Source: Mobula hypostoma
Lineage: Eukaryota
Length of the DNA: 64,000 nt
Direction: 5' to 3'
Assembly: GCF_963921235.1 (NCBI RefSeq)
Contig: NC_086108.1
Coordinates: 13,082,001-13,146,000, forward strand
Shown here: positions 12,670 to 25,999 of the stretch, one piece after another
Layout: each line of letters begins with the position of its first letter
Numbering within the stretch: the stretch's first letter is position 1
Position numbers and translations under genes: made by a program
The notes under the pieces: generated by a model
Database searches by the model: none
Told to the model about the DNA's origin: nothing
What the model saw: only the letters and a program-made list of their open reading frames with translations

Positions 12670-13540
12670 AAGCAACACACTTCAAAGTTGCTGGTGAACG
12701 CAGCAGGCCAGGCAGCATCTCTAGGAAGAGGTACAGTCGACGTTTCAGGCCGAGACCCTTCGTCAGGACTAACTGAAGGAAATTAGTAAGAGATTTGAAA
12801 GTGGGAGGGGGAGGGGGATATCCAAAATGATAGGAGAAGACAGGAGGGGGAGGGATGGAGCCAAGAGCTGGACAGGTGATTGGCAAAGGGGATATGAGAG
12901 GATCATGGGACAGGAGGCCCGGGTAGAAAGACCGGGGGGGGGGAGCCCAGAGGATGGGCAGGGGGTATAGTCAGAGGGACAGAGGGAGAAAAAGGAGAGT
13001 GAGAGAAAGAATGTGTGTATAAAAATAAATAACAGATGGGGTACGAGGGGGAGGTGGGGCACTAGTGGAAGTTAGAGAAGTCGATGTTCATGCATCAGGT
13101 TGGAGGCTACCCAGATGGAATATAAGGTGTTGTTCCTCCAACCTGAGTGTGGCTTCATCTTTACAGTAGAGGAGGCCGTGGATAGACATGTCAGAATGGG
13201 AATGGGATGTGGAATTAAAATGTGTGGCCACTGGGAGATCCTGCTTTCTCTGGCAGACAGAGCGTAGATGTTCAGCAAAGCGGTCTCCCAGTCTGCGTCG
13301 GGTCTCACCAATATATAGGCCACATCAGGAGCACCGGACGCAGTATATCACCTCAGTCGACTCACAGGTGAAGTGTCGCCTCACCTGGAAGGACTGTCTG
13401 GGGCCCTGAATGGTGGTAAGGGAGGAAGTGTAAGGGCATGTGTAGCACTTGTTCCACTTACAAGGATAAGTGCCAGGAGGGAAATCAGTAGGGAGGGATG
13501 GGGGGGGGGGACGAATGGACAAGGGAGTCGCATAGGGAGC
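12670..13540 (-). mobile_element. Penelope-like element 3' fragment with GIY-YIG endonuclease and hammerhead-containing pLTR
   Basis: Minus strand reads PGTYPCK..KCYTCPY...FTCESTEVIYCVRCS..LYIGETRRRLGDRFAEHLRSV...PVATHFNS. The CR1 resumes at about 13541. Confidence 0.88.
12735..12770 (-). ncRNA. Minimal type-I hammerhead ribozyme motif
   Basis: AGUC-CUGACGA-AGG(gucucgg)CCU-GAAAC-GUC-GACU: intact core, stem I AGUC/GACU, palindromic ACGU stem III. Confidence 0.8.
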
Positions 13541-16500
13541 GGTTTCAATGAGATCCCCATGCATTCTTCTAAATTCCAGTGAGTACAAGCCCAAAGCTGC
13601 CAAATGCTCTTCATATGTTAACCCCTTCATTCCCGGAATCATCTTCGTGAAACTCCTCTGGACTCTCTCCAATGACAACACATCCTTTCTGAGATACAGG
13701 GCCCAAATCTGTTGACAATACTCCAAATGCGGCCTGACTAGTGTCTTATAAAAGATTACATTCCCCTTGAAATAAATGCCAACATTGCATTTGCCTTCTT
13801 TACCACAGACTCAATCTATAAATTAACCTTCTGGGAGTCTTGCACAAGGACTCCTAAGTCCCTCTGCACCTCTGATGTTTGAACCTTCTCCCCATTTGGA
13901 AATGGTCTGCACTATTGTTCCTATTACCAAAAATGCATTATCATACATTTCCCAACATTGTATTCCATCTGCCATATTTTTGCCCATTCTTCCAATTTGT
14001 CTAAGTCCTGCTGTAATCACATTGCTTCCTCAGCACTATCTACCGCTCCACCTATCTTCATATCATCCACAAACTTTGCCACAACGCCATCAATTCCATT
14101 ATCTAAATCACTGACAAACAATTTGAAAATCAGTGATCCCAATACCGACCCCTGAGGAACACCACTAGTTACCGGCAGCCAACCAAGAAAAGGCCCCTTT
14201 TATTCCCACTTGCTGTCTCTTGCCTGTCAGCCATTCTGCTATCCATGCCAGTATCTTTCCTGTCATGCCATAAGATTATATCTTGTTAAACAGCATCATG
14301 AGGCACCTAATCAAATGCCTTCTGAAAATTCAAGTAAATGACATCTCCTTAATCCTCCCTACTTGTTATTTCCTCAAAGAACTCTTAACAGATTTGTCAG
14401 GCAAGATTTCCCTTTACAGACACCATGCTGACTTTGACTTATGTTATCATTAGTCTACAAGTACCTCAAAACCTCATCCTTAATAATAGACCCCAAAACT
14501 TTCCCAACCACTCAGGTTAGACTAACTGGACTATAACTTCCTTTCTTTTGCCTTCCTCCCTTTTTAAAGAGTGGAGTGACATTTACAATCTCCCAGTCCT
14601 CTGGGACCATGCCAGAATCAAGTGACTCTTGAAAGATCATGACCAATGCATCCGTTATCTCTTCAGCAACCTCTCTCAGGACTCTGGGATGTAGTCCATC
14701 TGGCCCAGGTGACTTATTCATTTTAAGACTTTTAAGTTTGCCTAGCACTTTTTCTTTTGTAATAACAATGGCACTCGCTGCTGCTCCCTGATACTCATGG
14801 ACCTCTGGCACACTGCTAGTGTCTTCCACAGTGAAGACAGATGCAAAGTACTCATTAAGTTCATCTGCCATTTGTTTGTTCTCCCGTTACTACCTCACCA
14901 GCATCATTTTCCAGTGGTTCAATATCAACTCTCACCTCCCTTTTACTCTTTATATAACTGAAAAAACTTTTGGTATCCTGCTTTATATTATTGGCTAGGC
15001 TGCCTATGTATTTTGTCTCTTCCCTAGCTTTTTTTAGTTACCTTTTGTTGGATTTTAAAAGCTTCCCAATCATCCAACTTTCTACTCACTTTTGCTATCT
15101 TACATGCCCTTTCCTTGGCTTTTATGCAGTCCTTAACTTTCTTTGTCAGCCATAGTTGCCTAGCCCTGCCATTTGAGGACTTCTTCTGTGGGACATAGCT
15201 GTCCTGTGCTTTATGAACTACTTCCAGAAACTTCAGCCATCTCTGCTCTGCTCTGCTGTCATCCCCACCAGTATCCTCCTCCAATCCACCTGGGTAAGCT
15301 CCTCTCTCATACCTCTGTAATCCACTTTATTCCATTGTGATACTGATACATTTGACTTGTGCTTTTCCTTCTCAAATTGCAGTATGAAGTCAATTATATC
15401 AAGATCACTGTCTCCTAATGGTTCCTTTACATTAAGCTCCTGATAAGATCTGGGTTATTACACAACACCTAATCTAAGATGGCCTTTCCCTGAGTAGGCT
15501 CAAGCACAAGCTGCTCTAAAAAGCCATCTGTAAGCATTCAATAAATGCTTTCTCGTGCAATCCGACACCAACCTGATTTTCCCAATTCCCTTGCACATTG
15601 AAGTCCCCCATTATAATTGTGTCATTACCCTTATTACTTGCCTTTTCAGTGTCCCTTTGCAATCTCAACCCCACATCTTGACTACTATTTGGGGGCCTAT
15701 ATATATGATTCCCACAATGGTTTTTTACCCTTGCAATTTCTTAACTCCACCCACAAAGATTGAACATTCTCTGATGCTATGTCGCCTCTTTCTAAGGATA
15801 TAATTCCAACTCTTACCAACAGAGCCTCACCACCGCCTATGCCTTCCTTCCTGTCCTTTCAATACACAGTATATCCTTTGATGTTAAGCTCCCTACGGCC
15901 TTCTTTTAGCCACAACTCAGTGATGCCCCACAACGTCATACCGACCACTCTCTAATTGTGCCATGAGTTTGTCCACCTTATTCTGAATCCTATGTGTAGT
16001 TAAATACAGCACTTTCAGTCCTGCATTCTTCGCCCTTTTGAATTTTGCTTCTCTGGTACAACTTAACTCTTTGCTCTGCCTGCATTCGAATCCAATCATT
16101 GGCTTGTCCTTCGTTACATTCATGTTACACCCATCATCTACTGGTAAACTTGCTGGCTCATCCGCAGCTCTATCATACGGGTTCCCATTCCCCTGCCATA
16201 TTAGTTTAAACCACTCCCAACAGCTCTAGCAAACCTGCCCGCAAGAATATTGGTCCCCCTTGAATTCAAGTGCAACCTGTACCTTTTGTACAGGTTCCAC
16301 CTGCCCCAGAAGAGGTCCCAATTATCCAGAAATTGGAATCTCTACCCCTCTCCAATTCATCAGCCACGCATTTATCTGCCACCTCATTCTATCCCTGTCC
16401 TCACCGTCACATGGCACAGACAGCAATCCCGAGATTACTACCATTTGAGGTCCTGTTTCTCAGCTCCTTCCTAACTCCTGATATTGTTTTTTCAGGACCT

Positions 16501-17339
16501 CCTCCCTTTTTCTTTCAATGTCATTGGTACCAATATATATCACTACTTCTGGCTGCTCACCCTCCCTTTTCAGGTTATTGTGGACATGTCCAGAAGCATC
16601 TCGGACCTTGACACCTGGGAGGCAAACTACCATCCATGTTTCCTTTTCATGTTCACAGAACCGCCTACCTGTCCCCCTGATTATAGAGTCCCCTATTACT
16701 GCTGCCATCCTCTTCAGTTTCCTACCCTTCTGAGCCCCAGGAACAGATTCAGTGCCAGAGGTATGGCCACTGTTGCTTCCCCCAGGTAGGTCCCACCCCT
16801 CCAATAGTACTCAAAATGGAGTACTTATTGTTGAGGAGGATGGCCACGGGGTGCTTGCCACTATCTGACATTCTCCCTTCCCTCTCCTGACAGTCACCCA
16901 TTTATCTGTCTCCTGTAGCCTTGGGGTGACTTCCTCCCTGTAGCTCCTGATTATCATTGCTTCTCTTTCCCTAACAAGCCAAACGTCATCGAGCTGCAGC
17001 TCCAGTTCCTTAACACGGTCTCTAAGGAGCTGCATCTCAGTGCATTGGGACAGATATGGCCATCGTGGAGGCTGGGAGTCTCCTGGAAATCCCACATCTG
17101 ACACCCGGAACAGAATACTGGCTCTGTAGAGAGACACCGGCCCCCCCTCCCCCCATTCTCTCAAGATTTCAAGATTTAAATAAGAAATAAGGACCGAGCT
17201 TACCTACTTGCCTTGCCTCTGCCTGTTCTCACCGAAGCTCTGTTGAGCCAAAGCCTTACTACTCCGACTCTAGACTACTCCAATGATTGCTCCACTAGGC
17301 GGTACCTCTGTTTTATAGAGATTGGGTTTTCCATTGAAG

Positions 17340-19020
17340 ATCTTTGTCAGACTTGCTCAGGAATGCTCCTGTTGCGACTACACAGTACTCCAATCAACGA
17401 CTGCCATCGAAAATCTTGCTGCCTTTATTTGGCTTGGTGTTGTTTTTTTTGCTCTTGAAATAGCCCTCTGCAAGTCATTTCTGGCTTTCCTGTACAAACC
17501 TGGGTCTCCAGACTTAAATGCCACAGACTTAGACCTCAGCAGACAACGAACCTCCTGGTTCATCCATGGCTTTTGGTTTGGGAAGGCACAGCAAGTTTTC
17601 ATAGGTGATCAGACTTTCTGAAATGTGGCTGTGGAACAGCACAGTAAGCACTCTTGATGGTGGTCTAGTGGGTTGTTTCCGCTGCTACTGCAAGTGATTT
17701 GCTGATGATAATTAATAGGTGACTTTTTCAATCTGGCCTGATTAAAATCCACCAAAATGATGGTGATGCTGTCAGGGTGTGCTGTTTCATGCATGTGGTG
17801 CAGATCACCGAGAGCTTGTTTGACATTGGCCTGAAGTGGAATGTACACTGCTACCAAAATGATCATTGAAATCTCCCTCAGCAGGCACAATGGACAGCAC
17901 TTTATTTCAAGATATTCCAGGTCTGGTGAACAGATTTGAGACATCACTGACACATTTGTGCACCAAGAGGAGTTGATCATGAGGCATAGGCCTCCGCCTC
18001 TGCTTTTGAAAGATTTGACAGTTCTATCCTGACGGTGTATAGTGAACCTGACTAAGTACCAGGTCCTCCTGTTCCACTGCAATCCCCAATTCCTTCTTAT
18101 TCTTGATATAAGTCCTACAATGGTTTGTCTTTCCAAAATGTGTTACTTCATATTTATCTGTATTGATTTCCATTTGCCACTCCTCAGCTCACTTTCTGAA
18201 CTGGTCAAACATTGTACAATAACCTTCTTCATTTTCAACATCTCCTAATTTTGTGTCATCCACAAGTTTACTAATCAAGCCTTATGCAATTGCATCCTTT
18301 TCAATCATTTATGTAACTATCCAACATCGGCCCTGTGGCAACACCACCAGTCACTGGTCTCCATTCTGAGGAACATACTTCGATCACCACCCTCTGCTTC
18401 CAGTGAACCTCCCTCTAGCTTCCTCCTCCTGAAGTCAATAATCAGTTCCTTGGTCTCGCTGGCATTGAGAAGGAAGTTGTTGTTGTAGCAGCCCTCAGCC
18501 AGATTTTGAATCTCTGTCCTATCAGCTGATTCATCACCATCTGATTTGGCCAACGACAGTGGTGTCAAAGAACATAAATATGGCATTTACACCGCACGCT
18601 GTCGGAGCAGTGCCGCCAGGATAATCAAGGACATGACCCACCCAGCCAACACACTTTTCGTCCCTCTTCCCTCCGGGAGAAGGCTCAGGAGCTTGAAGAC
18701 TCATACGGCCAGATTTGGGAACAGCTTCTTTCCAACTGTGATAAGACTGCTGAACGGATCCTGACCCGGATCTGGGCCGGACCTTCCAGATATCCGGACC
18801 TGCATCTCGGTTGTTTTGTACCTCACTTTCCATTTTTCTATTTTCTATTTATGATTTACAATTTAAATTTTTAATATTTACTAATGTTTACTATTTTAAT
18901 ATTTTTAATATTTACTATCGATTTGTAATCCAGGGAGCAAGAAGCGCAGAATCAAATATCGCTGTGATGATTGTACGTTCTAGTACCAATTGTTTGGTGA
19001 CAATAAAGTATAAAGTATAA
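17340..19020. mobile_element. Cluster of Rex1/Babar-like LINE fragments in both orientations
   Basis: Endonuclease motifs DRT...KSRGGGLC and CSPDLEYL (minus, 17609-18136). A young + strand 3' end RIIKD.THPA..LF.PLPSGRRLRS with a (taaagta)n tail ends near 19020. Confidence 0.75.
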
Positions 19021-19417
19021 AGCTGTGCGTAGCCTCACAGACACAAGTGTAAAGTGAGTAGAGTAGGGGGCTAAGCACACAGACTTGTGGTGCCCCTGTG
19101 CTGAGGGAGATTGTGGAGGGGATGTTGTTGCCTACCTGAAATTGAGGAACCCATTGCACAAGGAGGTATTGAAGTTTACTGATTAGTTTTGAGGGGATGA
19201 TTGTATTGATTGAATGCTAAGTTGGAGTCGACAAAGAGCATCCTGAAGTTGAACGTGAGAATCAGAATCACTTATTGCCAGTATGTGAAACATACTCCAT
19301 AGATCGAAGTACTGAGTACAGGAGAGAGGATGTTATGTTGAAGTTCTTTAAGACGTGGAGAGGCCTAATTTGGAATATTGTGAGCAATTTTGGTCACCTA
19401 CCTACAGGGAAGATGTG

Positions 19418-19895
19418 CGAGGGCTGATTGATAAGTTCGTGGCCTGGTAGAAGGAGTCAATTTTAGAAAACCTAGCACATTTATTTTTCAACATAGTCCC
19501 CTCCTACATGTACACACTTAGTCCAGCGGTCGTGGAGCACACGGATCCCTTCTTTGTAGAAGTGGTCCACAGCAGGGGTGTTTGATAAGTTCGTGGCCTA
19601 AAGTGATGAGTTTTACAGCTCTTGTTACATGCACTTGCAGTTCAACTCTTTAAGTGAAAATGCAGAAAGTTTGAAGTTAATAACTCATGTCCTTCTACCT
19701 TAGGCCGCAAACTTATCAATCACTCCTGCTGTGGACCACTTCCTGGAGGTCCAAGACGCTGACTTCTACAAAGAAGGGATCCGTATGCTCCATGATCACT
19801 GGACTAAGTGTGTAAATGTAGGAAAAATAAATGTGCTAGGTTTTCTAAAATTGACTTCTTGAACTTTAGGCCATGAACTTATCAATCACCCCTCA
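19418..19895. mobile_element. Palindromic mariner-derived MITE inserted in a CR1 fragment
   Basis: TIRs cgagggctgattgataagttc / gaacttatcaatcacccctca. Both arms carry the transposase C-terminus. The host CR1 sequence gatgta|aataagg implies a TA target. Confidence 0.85.
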
Positions 19896-20555
19896 TAAAT
19901 AAGGTTGAGAGAGTACAGAGAAAATTTACAAAGATGTTGCCAGAACTGAGTTGTATGGTAAGATTGAATAAGTTAGGACTTTATTCATTGCTACGTAGAC
20001 GATTGAGAAGAGATTTGATAGAGGTATACAAAATTATGAGGTTTATAGATATGGTTAATGCAAGCAGGCTTTTTCCACTGAGTGGGATGACAACCAGAGT
20101 TCATGGGTTAAGGATGAAAGGTGAAGAATTTAAGGGGAACATGAAGGAAAACTTTTTCACTCAGAAGGTGATGAGAGTGTGGAATGAGCTGCCAGCACAT
20201 GGTGCATGCGAGCTCAATTTCAATGTTTAAGAGAAATTTGGATTGGGATATGGACTGTAGGGGTATGGAGGGCTATGGTCCCGGTGCAGGTTGATGGGAG
20301 TCGGCAGTTTAAATGGTTCGCCATGGACTAGATGGGCTGAAGGGCCTGTTTCTGTACTGTAATTTTCTATGACTCCATGACCTATCAGAGGTCATTTGGG
20401 TGAAGGAAAAGGAGCGAAGAGCAAGTGGGAAGCTTTTGAGAGTGTCAGGACCATTCTGGAGCCTGTACAGGATGAAAAACAGTACTGGTATTTGTGAAAA
20501 CTGTGGTAGGTTCCAGCTAGACTGATTCTCATGGGTTCCCTGTTCTGATAAACAG

Positions 20556-20684
20556 ATCTTGACGAGTGTGTGGAATACCCGATGATCTGTGGCTCCAACC
20601 GTTGTAAGAACAGCCCCGGCTCCTTCCAGTGCATCACCGAGTGTGGAGTGGGATTCCAGCTGAGCCCTGCCCAGGAGTGTGTCG
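20556..20684 (+). CDS. LTBP4: LTBP4-like exon A, cbEGF (D)LDECVEYPMICGSNRCKNSPGSFQCITECGVGFQLSPAQECV
   Basis: aaacag acceptor, G|gtgagt donor, 129 nt. The C-x3-C spacing and CGSxRCxNSPGS motif match the corresponding LTBP4/LTBP2 repeat. Confidence 0.9.
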
Positions 20685-21614
20685 GTGAGTCGCTCCTCAT
20701 CTCTCTGAACCTGGTCACAGAGCTCTGCCTGATGATCAGTTCCCAACCTTCAGTGCTGGGGATTAAGGAATGGGGTTGCTGAGTCTGTGGATGCAGACGG
20801 ATCGTTGACATGCTGGGTTGTTATCCTTTATTGTGACCCTGTCCTAATGTCCCTCGCTGGTTTGTGGATCTTCAACAATCATGTAAGTAAGACCATAAGA
20901 TATAGGAGCAGAATTGGGTTATTTGTCCCATCGAGTCTGCTCCACTATTTCATCATGACTGATCCATTTTCCTCTCAGCCCCAGTCTCCTGCCTTCTCCC
21001 CATATCCCTTCATGAACCTACCTGGGGCTAGGTTATTGTGGATAGAGTCAAACCTAATGAGGAAAGGTCTTGTTTTCAAACATCTTTTCAGGGTAGTAAC
21101 CACAATATAATAGAATTCTTGATGCAGTTGGAGAGTAAACACCATAAGATCTAAACTACTGTCTTCAACTTAAATAGGGGCAATGATAATGTGTTGAAGA
21201 TGTCTAAGGTGGACTGGGAAATATTCCAAAAGCAGATACCGAGAAAGGGATTCTATGAGAAAGGGGCACGATCTGTGGATAACAAAGAAGATGAAGAATT
21301 CAATTCAATTCAAGTTTAATTGTCATTCAACCATACATGAATACCCATGATTACTGACAAATGAACCCGCATTCTTCCAGGGCCAAGGTACAAAACACAA
21401 TACCAACAGTCACACACAGCACAAAGCACACATATCACATACAAGATACCAAGATAACAAGCACATTACGATATCAGTAGGATACTGCCAGGCAAAAGAA
21501 ATCGTTTCGACCCTGAGACAATGAACGCCACAGAAATCTGCAGTCAACCAAAATACAGCTTGTCTTCTGCCAAACTTATGCTGGTAGTTGGGGGGGAGGG
21601 CACAGTAACAAGTA

Positions 21615-22360
21615 AGAAAAGTGGTGACAGATGGAATGCAGTGCTGGGAAATGTATGGTCATGCACTTTGGTAGAAGAAATAAAAGGGTAGTCTATTTTG
21701 TAAATGGAGAGAAAATTCAAAAATCAGATGTGCAAAGGGAATTGGGAATCCTAGTGCAGGATTCCCTAAAGGTTAATTTGCAAGATAAGTCAATGATGAG
21801 AAAGGCAAATGTGATGTTAGCATTCATTTCTAGAGGACTAGAATATATGAGCAAGGATGTAATGTTAAGGCACTGGTGGGACCTCGCTTGGAGTACTGAG
21901 AACAGTTTTGGGCCCCTTATCTTAGAAAGGATGTACTGACGCCAGAGAGGGTTCAAAGGAGGGTCACAAAATTGATTCCAGGATTAAACGGCTTGTCATA
22001 TGAAGAGCATGTTTTGGCTTTGGGCCTGTATTCACTAGAATTCAGAAGAATGAGAGGCGACTTAATTGAAGCAAATCAAGTGGTGAAAGGTCTTGGTAGA
22101 GTGGGTGTGGAAAAAATATTTCCTATGGTGGGGGAGTCTAGGATCAGAGGACACAGCCTCAGAATAGAAGGGTATCTTTTTAGATCAGAGATGAGGAGAA
22201 ATTTCTTTATCCAGAGAGTGGTGAATCTGTGGAATTGGTTGCCACATGTGACTGTGGAGGTCACGTCCAGAGGGTATATTTAAGGCAGAGGTTGATTAGT
22301 CAGGGCATGAAGGGCTGAAAGGGAAATGGATCAGCCATGATGTAATGGTGGAGCAGACTC
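21615..22360 (+). mobile_element. CR1 3' fragment
   Basis: ORFs 21631-21939 and 21972-22283 with CR1 ORF2 C-terminal motifs. Confidence 0.85.
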
Positions 22361-22894
22361 GTAGAAGAAACATAGAAAACCTACAGCACGTACAGGCCCT
22401 TCGACCCACAATGCTGTGCTGACATGTACTTACTTTAGAAATTACCTGGGCTTACCCATAGCTCTCTATATGTCTAAGCTCCATGTACCTATCCGGGAAT
22501 CTCTTAAGAGACACTATCGTATCCACCTCCACCGCCACCGCCGGCAGCCCGTTCCAGGCACTCACCACTCTGCGTAAAAAAACCTTACCCTTGACATCTC
22601 CTCTGCACCTACTTCCAAGCACCTTAAAACTGTGCCCTCTCGTGCTAACCATAAACAATGGGCCAAATGGCCTACTATGTCTTATGATCTTGTGATCAAT
22701 TTGAAAATAGGGAGTGAATATATAAAACGGAAGAAAACAATTAAGGTAAGTATGGAGCCTCTAGTGAATAAAGCTGGTGGATAATGAGAAATACAAAAAT
22801 GACATTTTTTTCAGTGTTTGCATTAGGCTTCACCATGGAGCACACCTTAGATATCCATATCAGTTGGGCTAATTTCAAACAGCCAGGAAGGGCA

Positions 22895-23045
22895 GCCTGC
22901 TAGCGTGGTGGTTAGCACAACACTTTACAGTACAGGTGATCCAGGTTCAATTCCCATGAATTGTACGTTCCCATGGGAGTTTCCTCTGCGTGCTCTGGTT
23001 TCCTCCCACACGCCAAAGACGTACCGGTTGGTAAGCTGATTGGTC
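22895..23045 (+). mobile_element. tRNA-derived V-SINE-like element (similar copy at about 62786-62918)
   Basis: A/B-box-like head tagcgtggtggttagc...ggttcaattcc and V-domain-like gtttcctc.g.gtgctctggtttcctcccaca. Confidence 0.6.
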
Positions 23046-23345
23046 TCAGCCATGTTCAGGCTCTACTGAAGTAGCATAAAGAAATGGGCAAGGTTGAGGA
23101 CCAGGAATGCAGTGGTCAGCTATGGAAACTGAGTGCAGCAGACAAGAGACACATCAAACTGATGTCCCCTCTAGATTGGAAGAAGTCCGCTCTGAACTCC
23201 CAGAGACCACTGGAACCCAAGTACCCTCCTCTACAGTCCAGAGAAGCCTTGTCAGACGTGGTCTAAATGGAAGAGTCAATGCCAAAAAGATATTCCTCCA
23301 AAGTGAGAACAAAGCCAAGTGAACAATAGTGAATGTGCACACGAG
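23046..23345 (+). mobile_element. Tc1 transposase N-terminal fragment
   Basis: KLSAADKRHIK...TGTQVPSSTVQRSLVRRGLNGRV.AKK matches the Tc1 HTH region; frameshifted. Confidence 0.75.
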
Positions 23346-24624
23346 TTGTGAATACTATCAACCACATCCATCTGACAGGACCACAGACATCCCTCCCTAA
23401 GCCTCCCACCTCCTGAACTTGGCCTGAAGTTTAACACTTACTGATGGAACAACTGTCGAGCATCTGTCAGCACTGAGCATCCCCTGCACCTTACTGTGAC
23501 TTAAGACACAGCGGATTCTCCAACCACACATCTCCCGTTCACTGCAGGACATCTAAAAGTGTGGGTGGAGTAGAGGCTCCTATCTATGTTGGAATTATTC
23601 CCAATGTTCCCAGGAACATATGAGAGTCTGGGATATCAATCAACAGACCAAACCTGAGGAGACTGAAGTGAGAAATCCCAGCTGGGAGGGATGAGTGTGG
23701 GGAACTCACAGCCTCACCAAGAAGAGCTCCAGTAAAAGGCTGCGGACATCCACGTGGGAATCACTGGAGGACAGATGTGACGGTGAGAATGCAATTTCTG
23801 CATGTGGGAGCCAAAATGTGTCAGTGTCCATTTGAAAAGAGAAGCATTAAGGATCTGAGGCTCTTCATGACACGGACAGTGTGGTAGGGAGCGTGATTCT
23901 CTCATGGTAAGCGAAGGGCTGGTTTGCACCTGAACTGGAGGGGGACTAATATCCTAGTGGGAAGATTTGCTAGTGTTACACGGGGGCAGGGGGATGTTTA
24001 ACCTAGCGTTGCAGGTGGACGGCAACCAGAGTGTCACAACAGATAGTGGTGTGCTTATGGCGAAAATGTTGTTAAACCCACATGCAAGGTCAGGAATCAA
24101 AAGGTTGAGCATGTTGGGACGAATGTTCGGAGCTGCATATATCTCAATGCAAGAAGTGTCGGGAAGTGTATGGTCTTGGTAGAAGAAATAAGAGCATAGT
24201 TCATTTTCTAAATGGAGAGAGAATTCAAAAATCTGAGGTGAAAAAAGGACTTGGGAGTCCTTGTGTAGGAGTCCCTAAAGGTTAATTTCAAAGGTTTCAA
24301 AGGTACATTTAATGTCAGAATGTACACAATATACATCCTGAAATGCTTTTTCTTCACAACCATCCACAAAAACAGAGGAGTGCCCCAAAGAATGAACGAC
24401 CGTTAAATGTTAGAACTCCAAAGTCCTCCCCCAGCTCCCCCCTCCCAAGCGTGAGCGGTAGCAAGCAACAATCCCTCCTCCCCCACCAGTAAAAAAAAAA
24501 TCAACACCCGCCACTGAGCACCCAAGTGTGAGCAAAGCAACAACAAAGACACAGACTTGCAGATACCCCAAAGACTTCATGTTTCACCTGGTATTCGAAG
24601 TACCACAGGCCCTCTCTCTCTCCA

Positions 24625-25541
24625 CTAAACTGAGTGGAAAAGCAAATTGTACAGAGGATGTGGAGAGTCTGCAGAGGGATATAGATAGGTTAAGTGAATG
24701 GGCCAAGGTCTGGAAGATGGAATACAACGTTGGTAAATGTGAGATTATTCACGTTGGAAGGAATAATAGAAGAGCAGATTATTATTTAAATGGTGAAAGA
24801 TTGCAGCATGCTGTTGTGCAGAGGGACTTGGGAGTGCTTGTGCATGAATCGCAGAAAGTTGGCTTGCAGGTACAACAGGTTATTAAGAAGGCAAATGTAA
24901 TGTTGGCCTTCATTACTAGCGGGATTGAATTCAAGAGCAGGGAGGTCATGCTGCAACTATACAGTGTACTGGTGAGGCCGCACCTGGAGTACTGTATGCA
25001 GTTCCGGTCTCCATACTTGAGGAAGGATACTATACTGGCTTTGGAGGCAGTGCAGAAGAGGTTCACCAGGTTGATTCCAGAAATAAAGGGGTTAACCTAT
25101 GAGGAGAGATTGAGTCACCTGGGACTATACTCTCTGGAATTCAGAAGAATGAGATGGGATCTTACAGAAACATACAAAATTTTAAAAGGGATAGATAAGA
25201 TAGAAGTAGGAAAGTTGTTTCCATTGGTAGATGAGACTAGAACTCGGGGACATTGCCTCAAGATTCAGGGGAGAAGATTTAGAATGGAGATGAGGAGAAA
25301 CTGTTTTTCCCAGAGAGTGGTGAATCTGTGGAATTCTCCGCCCAGGAAAGCAGTTGATACTTCTTCACTAAATATATTTAAGATACAGTTAGATAGATTT
25401 TTACATACTAGGGGTTATGGGGAAAAGGCAGGTAGATAGAGCTGAGTTAATGGACAGAACAGCCATGATCTTATTGAATGGCGGGGCAGGCTCAATAGGC
25501 CGGATGGCCTACTCCTGCTCCTATTTCTTATGTTCTTATGT
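24625..25541 (+). mobile_element. 5'-truncated CR1 with open C-terminal ORF2 and (ttcttatg)n tail, nested in another repeat
   Basis: ORF 24528-25439 from TKLSGKANC onward: LQRDIDRLSEWA, RPHLEYC.QF, LGLYSLEFRR. Confidence 0.9.
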
Positions 25542-25999
25542 CTCCATTTTCACAGCGAGCAGGGAGACGTAACAAAAAACTCGCTGCTTTATGGTGTTAA
25601 AAGTCCATTATGTTGCTTTTTTTCAAGCTCTGTGCCCAAAGATCACGAGTCTCTGGGCACACAGCCGCAGATTGTCCGACTCCCCTGACGACACACGGAT
25701 CTTCTGCCATGACACCGACCATTGATCCTCCCGTCTCCAGAGCCCCGAGATCCTAAGCTACCAAATCTGAGCCAGACTCTTAGGCTGAGCCTTTAGCGTG
25801 CCGAACAACGGTCAGTTATGAAACCCTGAGAGCGGGTCCCATTCCCGCAAAGAACCATAGTCAGCATGTAACTCCAAGTCCGGGTCTTCAAAAGAACCCT
25901 GAAAGGGAAAAATAAAGATATTAGAGATGGAAATAGAGCTGTTTCTGAAGATGCAACAAAGGAGTCGCTGTTTAGCACCATTATCACTCCGCTCCGCCT

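Larger units (their letters stand above)
11478..17290 (-). mobile_element. Near-full-length degenerate CR1 LINE (ORF1 esterase plus ORF2 EN/RT), interrupted by a solo LTR and a Penelope element
   Basis: ORF1 SGNH esterase motifs VIGDSIIRG / CLPG / YIGTNDI (16460-16804) and zipper LLRDRVKELELQLD. ORF2 motifs KSPGPDGLHPRVLRE and LGLYSLEFRR. The 3' tail is near 11478. Confidence 0.9.
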
